A DNA stretch of 64,000 bases, from assembly GCF_018350175.1 (NCBI RefSeq), contig NC_058368.1, forward strand, positions 239,198,001 through 239,262,000, in the 5' to 3' direction. Of the stretch, positions 53,891-64,000 are shown in pieces. The notes beneath the pieces are model-generated. The model saw only the letters and a list, made by a program, of their open reading frames with translations. It was not told the DNA's origin and searched no databases. This DNA comes from Felis catus (Eukaryota). The translations under genes were made by a program, and so were the position numbers. Position 1 is the stretch's first letter; every line of letters begins with the position of its first letter.

Positions 53891-55057
53891 ATTTCTCAGA
53901 CTTCCATTCTGCCTCCACACTTTCCTCTGCACGCCTCCCTGGTAATCTTACCTATATGTGTCACATCCCTGTCGCATCTCTTCATGGAGGCCTTCGTGAT
54001 TCAGTGCCACCTACCCCGAACTTCCCAGTCATCAGCCTGCACCGTGTGGCCTGATGTTCAGTTCTGTGTGTTCTGTATCAGTCGCCACTTGTTCTGTGTT
54101 TCAGTTGTGGTACTTTTATTAGATCATACCTGGGTTAAGGCAGGAGTGGCTCCCTGACTCTGGTTCCCTCCTTGACCCTCTGCTCTCTCTTGCACCCCCA
54201 ACTCTCCTACTTCTTATGAGCGTCTGTGAGGACTTCTGTTCAGCACCTGCTGACGTCCAGAGTCTGCTCCAGCTCCTCCTTGATGTAATAATCCCTGCAG
54301 CCCAGGCCTGTCGGCTCCTGGAAGCAGTCGGCTCAGAACACGTGGTGCCCGCTCCTGCCCCTGTTTGTTCTACCTACAGGGACCTTTCCTACCAGCTGCT
54401 CCTCATTCTTCCAGACTTGTGCCCTCCCTGACTGCACTCCACGCTGAAATAGTCTTTCCTCCCCTCTTCACACATACCTCTCTGTGCTGATCAAATGGTA
54501 TTGTAACTGTGCTCTACTGGTCACTTCCCCTGCCTGTGAACTTGGGCCAAAGGAAGACATAAAGATACGTGCTTTCAAGTGTCAGTTACCAAGTGAAATA
54601 GGACTAGAGGCTGTTTTTAGTTGAGGAAGGAATACATTTGTTTCTATGCTTATAGAATTGGGGTGGCTGCAGGTGTCATAGACCAGTGAAGATTCCCAAG
54701 GGACCTGGGAGAAGGAGAACCAAATGGCGAGGATACCAGCTTGAGTGCTGGGGGATGGAAATCCCCAGAGAACCTCCCCGGGGCTGAAATTTGTCCACAC
54801 AGCAGAGGGCAGAGGCCTGGCTGCCCCTCGGTCTGCCCCATGTTTGTGACGTTCGAGTTTCCCTGCTGGGGAAAGGGGGCCAGGCCTGTCTTGAGGTTGA
54901 ACCTCTTACTCCACCTTATTTTTATGCACCCCTTGTCAGAAGCAAGCCTCTTGGACTTCAGCTGCTTACTAGTGATGACCAGGCAAGGCTGAGTGCACTT
55001 TGAAATTACTCAGTTCTGTAATCACCAGCCAACAGTACATGAAGCATAGCTATGTTA

Positions 55058-55282
55058 ACTTTTATTTATTTATTTATAAGTTTGTTTATTTATCTTGAGA
55101 GAGAGAGTGTGTGTGCACGCGCGTGGGGTGGAGTTAGAGAGAGAGGGAGACGGAGAGTCCCAAGCAGGCTCCATGCTGTCAGTGCAGAGCCTGACACGGG
55201 GCTCGAACTCACAAACCATGAGATCATGACCTGAGCCGAGATCAAGAGTCGGACACTTAACTGACAGAGCCACGCAGGCGCG
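55058..55282 (-). mobile_element. CAN-SINE
   Basis: Consensus match. Confidence 0.9.
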
Positions 55283-55645
55283 CTGAACTTTTAAACCTTG
55301 CCAGTAGTATACGCACTGTAGTCAGAGGAGGCAGTGGTGGTGGGTTTGAGAGCAAAAGAAAGCAGTGGTAGACTTTCTTTGCTGTAGGAGATGAGGCTGA
55401 AAAGGGAACTGTCAGCAGCCTTGTCACACTTGCCTTTTGGGAACCCCTGTCTGATTTTAAGATGTGGACTTTGCTATGTGGTTTCATACCAAATGTTATC
55501 TGTACCTCTCAGGGCTTAAGATTTTATTGAAATGTTGTTCTTAGCTGCTTTATGCCTTTTTGTTTTCATGCTTTTTAAAAATAAAGCTTACAGAACTTCA
55601 ACTCTGACTTTTCATTAAATGTCTCTTCTAATTTATTCCTGTCAG

Positions 55646-56307
55646 GTTGGATTTGGTCTAGGGAGTCCCAGAAAGAAATAGAAAAAGAGAGAGAAGCGTA
55701 CCGTCAGAGAACGGCTGCTTTCCAGCGGGATCTTGAAGCAAAGTACCACGCCGTGATCTCAGAAAACCGGCGTGCGGTTGCTCACTTGTCTTTGGAACTT
55801 GAAAAAGAACAAAACAGAACAACTAGTTACCGAGAAGCCCTTATCTCTCAGGGGCGCAAGTTGGTAGAAGAAAAGAAGCTTCTGGAACAGGAGCGGGCTC
55901 AGGTCATGCAAGAAAAGAGACAGCTGCAGCCCTTGAGAAGCACATACCTGAGCTTCCTGGAAAAGGAAGAAGACTGGCAGAGGAGGGCCAGGCTTGTGCT
56001 GAAAGAGTTTGAAGATGCTCTTACGGAAAGACAGAGCATCTACTGCAGCCTGCTCCTCCCTCGCAGCAGGCGGCTGGACATAGAGAAGAGGTTGCTGGTC
56101 CGAGCATCCACTGACCCGGTTGCCGCCGACCTGCACATGGCAGCCGGCTTGACCGACATATTTAAGCACGACACATACTGTGGCGATGTCTGGAATACCA
56201 ACAGACGCCAGAATGGGAGACTCATGTGGTTGTATCTCAAATATTGGGAGCTGATTGTTGAACTGAAGAAGTACAAGGCAGTCGAGAAAGCCATACTAGA
56301 GAAGTAG
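55646..56307 (+). CDS. CCDC127: CCDC127 last coding exon (662 nt; total 260 aa)
   Basis: Acceptor cctgtcag, then (R)WIWSRESQKEIEKEREAYRQ...LMWLYLKYWELIVELKKYKAVEKAILEK*. 121+662=783 nt in frame. Confidence 0.95.
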
Positions 56308-56680
56308 GGCAGGAGTGAGGCGTGCCGTCTTCACCACGCTGCGGCGTCTCGGGGTATCATTTTCTGGTTCCCTTCTGCCGCGTGCGCGTGTAGCACTGTC
56401 GACCGAGTGTTCTTCCACTCCCACCACCCTCTGAGCGGGACACAGGGTCCCGCTTCCTTGATGCTTTTCAGCTCTTAAAGATGCAGTTTCTCAGGAGGAT
56501 TTTTTTTTAAGCTGTAATATTTTATTAGGCTGAACAGTGTAACCTCATATCTGCGCTATAGGGTAAGATTGTTTTTAAGAAAGTCAGATACAGTACTGAT
56601 TCTCAGTAGTGTTCTGTCTGTTTTTATCACTCCGTAAATAAATTGTTTTCTCCTCCAATTTTCTCTTTCCTAGAATTATA

Positions 56681-56891
56681 AATAAAAGTTGTCAGGTAAC
56701 AGAACTGCCTAATGATGATGACAGAAAATAGTAATATTATTGAGGATTCATGCTATTGTGAGGGTCTCTCCCACCAAAGGGAAAGAAAGTGTTACCTGTA
56801 TTCAGTTGATAACCTTGGTATGTGTTTTGCATCTGGCTTGTGTCCATGTTCAGTTAGCACATGCTATGTATTTGCAATGACATCTAATAAA
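56681..56891 (+). terminator. Proximal CCDC127 poly(A) signal candidates
   Basis: AATAAA at 56681 and 56886. Confidence 0.5.
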
Positions 56892-57099
56892 AACACTTGC
56901 CATATAAAAGCAACAATGCCACCTATGTGTGTAATTCTTCACTCTTTATAAAATGTTTTTGCATAGATTATCTCCCGTTTCGCCACAAACTAAGAAAAGG
57001 TAGGCACTCATGGTCCATTTTTCACAAAGCTAATGTGAATCAGCCTTTCACACATCGCCCCCATAATCCCACCCCTAATCTTAGTACATGGGAAGGGTG

Positions 57100-57480
57100 T
57101 GTAGCAAATGCAGCAGAAGGAAAGGCACATGGGACCAAGGGAGGAGCTTATGCAGCTTCCAGAGTCATCTCCCAGGGGTCATGGGAGTGCGCCCCTGTCC
57201 CCCACACCGGCAAGGACTATGAACTGTCACCAACCTGGGACCCCAGAGACAGCCCAGGGTCTGTGTTGAGAGCTGGTCATGTGGGTACCCTCTGCCTGGC
57301 GTCCCAGATTGCAGACTCGCAGAAGGGAAGTCAGTGTTACCTCAAACTGCACGAAGTTTAGACACACTGGGCTGCTCTTACTGGTCGTGGCAGGGGGACC
57401 CTCCCCAAATCCAGGTTCCCTGTGCCAGCCAGGGGCCAGCCTTGCAGCAGTCCTTTGGAAGACCTGTGGCCTCCCGTACA
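57100..57480 (+). mobile_element. MER21-like LTR fragment
   Basis: ggaaaggcacatggg...cttccagagtc..ccaggggtc...ccaggggccagccttgcagcag resembles MER21 from memory. Confidence 0.5.
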
Positions 57481-60400
57481 GGCGAGGCAGCTGAGCTAGG
57501 GTCAGGAGAGGCAGCCCGGGCAGTGTGGCTCCGGAACTGCCGGTAGCTTACACCCAGTTGCTTGGTAGTGAGAGGCCCAGGAGCAGCTAGATTGAGGTCT
57601 GCTTTTGAACCCTGTTTCCACCCAGCCTGCCCGCCTGTCTGTGGTAGGGAGACAAACTTTTACAAATGCAAGCTGACAGAAAACAACGTTTAATAGCGGG
57701 AATATCACGAGCTGGATTCGGTCTAGGGACCAAGTTTTGCCGAGTACTTAGCGGCACTCTGGATCTGCATCGTTTATGCTTGTGTGTGGTTTTTAATCAC
57801 TGGGAGCATTTCAGACATGAGAAAGTGGCTCAGAGCTACGCTAAGTCCCCCCGAGTAGCCGGGGTCCTCCGCCCCAGGCTCTGCTCTTAGCTGCTGTGCT
57901 CTGCGCAGGACAGTTGCCTGATTTCTTCTCCAGCGACTCCTAATGTCACCTTTCTGCTCCATTGCCACTCCTCGATCCAAACAGAAATAACTTATTCAGG
58001 TAAACCTGAACTAAAAAACTCCTGTTATTTGTATTTGCTGGTGCATTATATCCTTGCCTGGAGTGGGGTACATTCAGTTTTACTCTGATTTTTCGGGTGT
58101 CCTGGCATAAACCACTTCTTTCCCCTTGTTTTTTTCTTTAAAATGAGGAAAGTTCAGCCAGCCACTCGGCAGGTAACTTTCAAGGTGAATTATTAACCCT
58201 CATCCTATTTTCTAATATCCAACGCGCTCTCAGCCTAGCCTCCGATAGCTCGATAACTATGTTCAGATAATTCAAGGCAGTTTAGACACTGGCTTGATAC
58301 TGCCAAATCAGAAAGACAAACTTTCTACAGAAAGTTATGTTAGGCCAAGTTCGTATCTTGTGGCACAGCTGCCTTCCATTAGCAAGTTTCATCGAGGGTT
58401 AATCTGATGCCATCCCTTTTTCACGCTGATTTTTTATTAGGCTCGAAATGTTTACACCATGTCATGCCTATGTGATGACTTCACAGATACAGCAAAATGT
58501 GTGTGGACTAAGAGGCTACAGTAGAACATTACTGAAAGAAAAGTGTTTAAAACAGAAAAAGGATCGGAGCCAGGAGCTGTTTGATACGTGTGCAAGATTT
58601 GTGGGGACTTGAGAGTCAAACATCATCGTTTGTCCAGGCTGCTCTCTGGAAGTTCTCAGACTGACGCTCCTGTCCCTGGAGGGAGCCTGTCTCTGTGGCA
58701 GTCAAGAAGAGGGGTCATTTCACAGCCTGTGATTTTAATTGATTTGGGGACACCAGGTTATCGTGGGTGGGGTTGCAGTGATTTCCACAGGAAGGGCTTG
58801 GATGGGGCAGGGGCGGGGCTGTGTTCAGCCTCTGCTTCCTGTGGAAGTGCCTACTTCAGTGTGCTTCACTTTGGAATAAAGTTGGAAGGCACAGGGTTTG
58901 ACCTGAATGTCCCCAAAATGAAACAGTGCTATAGATTAATCCCACTCAATTTATGTTAAACATGCCTTTCCCGCCTTGTGAACGTTCAAAGAGACAGATC
59001 AGAATTCTTCCACGTATTTCTTTGTGTGTGTACAGTTGTGTCTGTCTATAACGTGTATACGGGCTGGCAGAGGAAGTTGTTGATTTCATGGTGACAAAGT
59101 AATTCTGCAAACGCACCAATGATGCGTAGTTATGACAGGGAAGTCTTTACCCAAGAACCTGTGTGTTTTTGAAAAGAGAAGTTATATTTAATTAAACGAC
59201 GTAATGGAGTATTTCTGTGTGGGATTGTTCAAAGGTCTGATGGCCGAACAGTTTACCAAGATCATCTCTTTAAGGAGAGGGAGGAAAAGTTTGTCATTAG
59301 TTCCCCCGTTTTAGTGTCACTTCAGGAAAGCCGATCTGAAGCAGACACGCGGGCGCTGGCAAAGACTCAGCCACGGCGTGTGCTCACTAGGCTATCTTGT
59401 GAGGGAGCAGGGGACCCCACCCAGCTCAGCCGGAGCTGGAGAGGCCAGAGAGATGTCACAGAGCTTGCCGGGAGGGCTGTGCGCAGCCAGAGCCGGGCCT
59501 CCGGAAGTGCCCGGACCCGCCTAAGTGGGCTGTTGCTCACCGACACAAGGTGCTCCTCTCTTCCAGCAGTGACAAAAACAGCTGCTCCCTTTCTCTCCGG
59601 ATTAGGACTCTGGCTGCAAGTAACAGAGATCAATCCAAGCTACGTGAGACAGTAACAAGGGGGTGGCTTACTCGAGGACATGACACAGAACCCTCAGGGC
59701 AGGAGTGGACAGCGCAGGCCAGTCCCTCAGAGAGGAGCCGGAAACGGCAGCACCCGTCAGCAGCCTTGGCTCAGTGGCTTCTCTGCTTCGCGTGTGCATG
59801 TTTGCTTCGGTCTTTCTCTTCCGGGGCCTCCTGAGCTTGCGTATTACCTGTTCTATTCCCGTGCGTGGCAGTTTGGGAACCGGGGGTTCTATGCTCCTAC
59901 GGCATTCGAATGGAGAGGGTGCAGGGAAGTCAAGGTGTGTGGCCTTTGTTAACATCAGAGGAAGTCTTGACAAGAAAACGAGGCTTCGTGTGCCAACCGA
60001 CGACTGCCTCTGCGGCAGCTCTGTGGGAAATCCACCTTCTGCAGACTCCCTGGCAAGTCAGGGTCTTGTCAGGGTGCAGACTGCGGGGAAGCATCGCGTC
60101 TGAGCCCCTCCCGCAGACCCCCTGCCCCCGCCACTGGCCAAGTCCCTGCTCCAGGGGGAAATGGCTGCACCTAAGAGGACCTGGGCTTCACGGCGGGGGG
60201 GGGGGGGGGGGGGGGGTGCGTCTAAGGGTGGGGCAGGGCACCCCGCTGTGGGGGACTCCCCTGTATCCCTGCGTATAATGTCCTTGCGAGGACACTGGCC
60301 GCTTGTGGGCAACCTGCGGCCAGTGGGGGATGAGTGCCAGGCTGCCCGGAGCCAGAAGCACAGAGGCTCATGGAGGCGTGGAGGGGGTGTTGAGAGGGTT

Positions 60401-62376
60401 TATCACATGAGGGCAGATGCTGCTGCCCCCACTGAGGTGCTGAGAAGAGGGCTCTGGCACCACTGAGTAGCTCGGCAGTGCCTGCTGCCCACAGGCCAGG
60501 GCTGCTGTTGTAAGTGAGGCCCACTGGCGGCGGTGATGTTGTGGGTGGGTTTGGGCCCCAGGCTGATGGCATTCGGGACTGGCAGGGGCAGGTGGGTGGA
60601 ATCACTGTGATGGGCATCAAGACCCAGAAGACAGCCTTCACCCATAGGGAGCTGCCGCGGTGGCCAATGATAGAGATGGAATCGTAGGGTCTAGTGGGTG
60701 GCAACTGATCAGGGTGTTGCTCAAGCCACAAAATGAGAAGGAAAGAGACAGCGTCAGTGATACTAAGAGCCACAGGCTCACGTCTCCAGGTCTTCTGGCC
60801 ACGTCCCCCGCACAGAGGGTTCCTTGGATCAGTCGATCTCTCCTCGTCTGGAGTGTACAACTGGAAAGAAGCATCTGGAACAAAAGCAGGGTAGGAAGGA
60901 CCAAGTGGAAGCCCCTGAATCTGCATTCCCTCTTTGCCAGGATAGGCAACAGGAAGCAGCGCTGACTTCCTGGAGGATGTGCGATGATTAAGCCACCACA
61001 AAGGACTTGGGGGGAGCAAAGACCATGTCCCTAATGTCCTGGAAAGACGTTTCCCAGCGTCCATCATGGTCCTCACACTGTTCCTGCTTAATTCAGGTGT
61101 CTGGCCCCTAGGAAGACCGGGTAGATTTGGGCAGTGATAGGCCCCTAAGCTTCACCAGGAGGAGAGACAGTCGAGCTGCCATGTGGGACCTTCGCAACCT
61201 CTTGACACCCGGCCCTCTGCCCCGCTCTCCACCTGCGTGATGAGTTTTCTTGTCCCCACAGTTTGCCTTTGGGTTGGAGCCGTGCCCTCCCCGGCATGAA
61301 AAGCACAGGGATGTGCCTGGGCCCTGGCAGGATTCCTGTGACCGACATCACATGGGCATCGTCAGAGCCTCTGATTCCCAGGCTGGGCAGGTGTGGCAAA
61401 AACCCATCGTGGCCAGAAATGGCACTTTCAGGGTTGGGGCCCAGCAGGTCCACAGGAACAAGTGAACGACAGGCACCACGATGGCACAGGAGGCATAGGT
61501 CCTGCTTGGCTGCTTCACATGCTTCAGAGTTGCTCTGAATGTGCCTCCCGCCCCCACCATCCTCTTTGGCTTTCATGCGTTCGTCCTTCAGGGGCACCAG
61601 GAGCGGGAGCCGTCAGGAACATTCGCTACCAGTAGACGCCTGCGTGCCTACCTCCTGCTTCAGTCACCACAGCACCCCTGGGCCCATCTCCACCACAGCT
61701 GCCCATGTACATGCTGGGTCCTATCCTGCCAGCCACAGACACAAACAGTTTAAATTAATTCACTCTTTAGAGTTAGAATGAAATCACTGCAAAATTTTGC
61801 TCTGTGACTACCCTCTTTTCGAGGCCTTCTTAAAATGACAAACTCCATGTGCCTGAAATAGGGTTCAGAGACTTTGCCAGCAGGATGGACCTGTGGAGAT
61901 GGCCGAGGGCGAGCAGAGCAGTGAGGGTGGTGGCTCAGAAAATAGATCTGAGGGGCAAGGGGAGTTAGATGTCACCTCTTCCCTCCTGTCCCCTTGTTGG
62001 ATGTCCTCCTTTCCTGAAAGACCCGGGAGGAACCTTATTGCCTTCCCCAGTAAGCAGAATCCTGAGACAGCTGTCACTCGGGAGCCCCACATCTTAGGCA
62101 GCCCCACTTGGTTGTGGAGAGAAAGGCATGGGACATACCTGGACAGGGACTCACCTGGGGGGAGGAGGGACCTGCTGTTGGACACAAGACAGAGCCTGCT
62201 CACACAGTCATTCAAACCCCCATTGAGAACTTGGTGGTTATGGTGTGAGGAGGTGTGGCCCCATCAAGCCCTAGCCTCTGTCTTGAGAAAACGTTTCATT
62301 TTCATATTCTTAGATACTTAAAAAAATACAAATTGCGTTGAAATTAAAGCCACGTCCGAATAAGTCACACTGCTGT

Positions 62377-62382
62377 TTTATT
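62377..62382 (-). terminator. LRRC14B poly(A) signal candidate
   Basis: AATAAA on the minus strand about 480 nt after the stop, followed by a U-rich tract. Confidence 0.6.
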
Positions 62383-62862
62383 AGTATGTAATCATCCTAG
62401 CACTTAGCCCTTCGTATGAGTCAGATCTTAACAGAAACCTAGCCCCGACATTGTAATTAAGCATTTATGCATCAGGACTCAATCACTCAAACCACCCAGA
62501 CGTGGTACAGACAACCTGTTCTGTGACAGGTTCTGGTGTCTTCCTGGCCCTGGCCTGATGTCTGGGCTCCCTCTCCTTGCTCCCGTCCTGCCCAGCACTG
62601 CTCCACTGTTCACCACTACCACGGTGGCGGACAGCTCGTGGGTCCCCGTGGAGCTCTGACACCAAAGTGGCCTTGCGTCACCTTTCCTGGAGCCAGAGTT
62701 TCCACTCCTCTAGTGCTTAATGGATGTCACACACGAGTTTCACTAAGAGATGCTTCAAATGGTGGTGGCCGGGGGAGCGGATACCCAAGCCTGCTGACTC
62801 AGGATGCCCGGGGTGTCGTGCAGCTGAACTACAAGGCCCCCTTTGGCCTGCTCAAGGGCCTA

Positions 62863-63505
62863 CTACATTTGTTCCAACGCTCTAGAAAAGTTTTCTAGAG
62901 CAGTTTTGAAAGCTTGCAGCAAGAAAGCTCCAAGTTCATTGCTTGTTTCTTGGATATCTGGGTCAAAACTTCCAAAGAGGGGCGTGCAGACTTGGATGTC
63001 CCCCCGGCCAGCCCTAAGCAGCACAGCCCGGAGGTCCTCAGCAATCACATTGTATTTCTGCTGGTCAAATTTGGACATGGCCAGCTCATCCTGGGGGTAG
63101 GCGGTGCCCTCAGGGTAGCAGTCCTTGGGCACTGGGAACTCTACGCACCGAAGTTTGGGCAGCTCACAGAGAGCTGTGAAGAGGCGCCTCAGGGCCCGGG
63201 CCGACAGCGGGTTCCCCAGGAAGCGAAGCTCACAGAGCTCATGGCAAGGGCTCAGGGCCAATATCAGCATGCTCACGTGGCTGTCTTCGATGCTGCACTC
63301 CTCCAGGGTGAGAATCCTCAGTGTCTGGGCAGCCCGGCCCAGCAGCCTGAAGAAGGTTGAGGGGAACAGGCTGAACAGGCTGTGCCCACTGAGGTCCAGC
63401 ACCTCCAGACACATGCTGTGGGCACAGTCTGCCAAGAAGGCCATGTCCGCGTGGTTCAGGGAGCAGTTAGCCAGGTCCAGGACCCTCAGCGGTGTCCTCA
63501 GGGGG
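62863..63505 (-). CDS. LRRC14B: LRRC14B last exon (PRAME/LRRC14 family LRR protein); upstream exon outside the window
   Basis: Acceptor ccgcccctag, then PLRTPLRVLDLANCSLNHADMAFLADC...PVPKDCYPEG...FDPDIQETSNELGAFLLQAFKTALENFSRALEQM*. Synteny with CCDC127 and SDHA. Confidence 0.92.
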
Positions 63506-63589
63506 CTAGGGGCGGGGCGGAAAAGAGCACAGGTGAAAGGAGATCCCCGCAAGGAGCTCTGGGAGGAATAAAGGTGAATTCTATCTCAT

Positions 63590-63845
63590 GGGTCAGCGGA
63601 CCATGGCCCAAAGGCTGAATCCACTCCTGCCTTGTTTTATTCAGCCTAAGACTAAAATGGTTTTTATATCTGTAAACATTGGAACAAATCAAAAGAAGAA
63701 AGATACTCTGTGACATGTGAAAATAATATGAAATTCAGTTTTCAGTGTCCATAAATAAAGTGTTGTTAGAACCAGGGTAATTCGTTTGCTTCCTGTCTGT
63801 GGACAGTTTGGGGCTGTGATGGCAGAGCTGAGTCTTGAACCAGTG
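63590..63845. mobile_element. MER58-like hAT element in the LRRC14B intron
   Basis: ctaaaatggtttttata...tgtgacatgtgaaaataatatgaaattca..tttcagtgtccataaataaagt. Confidence 0.65.
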
Positions 63846-64000
63846 GTGTGACCAAGTGTAGAGAAGAATTAACTTAGCCCAAGACAGGTCTGGCCTTTGT
63901 CATCAGTTCCTAAAATGTTATATCTGTTTTGTCAATCCCTCACTGTGTCTGCTCATGTACTTGCCGTGGGGCAGTGAGGTGCACGTGAGCTGGCACAAAA

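Noticed and set aside
60195..60216. G22 homopolymer
   Set aside because: An isolated simple repeat whose length is unreliable and which has no supporting context.
60222..61076. 284-aa minus-strand ORF
   Set aside because: No recognisable domain or exon structure. It lies in GC-rich sequence between two 3' ends and is not supportable without a homology search.

Overview
This is mammalian genomic DNA from a carnivore, very likely a felid, judging by about 30 CAN-SINEs including young SINEC_Fc-type copies. It is not a prokaryotic window. It is the block orthologous to human 5p15.33, shown in reverse orientation. Four genes are present. PDCD6/ALG-2 contributes exons 1-3 on the minus strand and runs off the left edge. 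SDHA is complete on the minus strand, with 15 exons, 1995 nt of CDS, 664 aa and GT-AG at every junction. CCDC127 is on the plus strand (260 aa) and is head-to-head with SDHA on a shared CpG-island promoter. LRRC14B contributes its last exon on the minus strand. Two processed pseudogenes lie antisense inside host introns: PTS in SDHA intron 1 and PCBP1 in CCDC127 intron 2. The remainder is SINE, L1, MIR/L2, DNA-transposon and LTR-like debris plus two G-rich minisatellites. Almost all other ORFs in the track are noise. I found no convincing new biological system. The best leads, all hypotheses, are: a stop-free in-frame SDHA intron 12; inverted SINEs flanking the phase-0 243-nt exon 12-13 unit (circRNA or skipping candidate); a telomere-like TTAG tract replacing the core of a SINE in the PDCD6 promoter; three identical evenly spaced NRF-1 sites; and interlocked convergent poly(A) signals between CCDC127 and LRRC14B. 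Repeat family names and orthologue comparisons come from memory of consensus sequences, and repeat boundaries are approximate.
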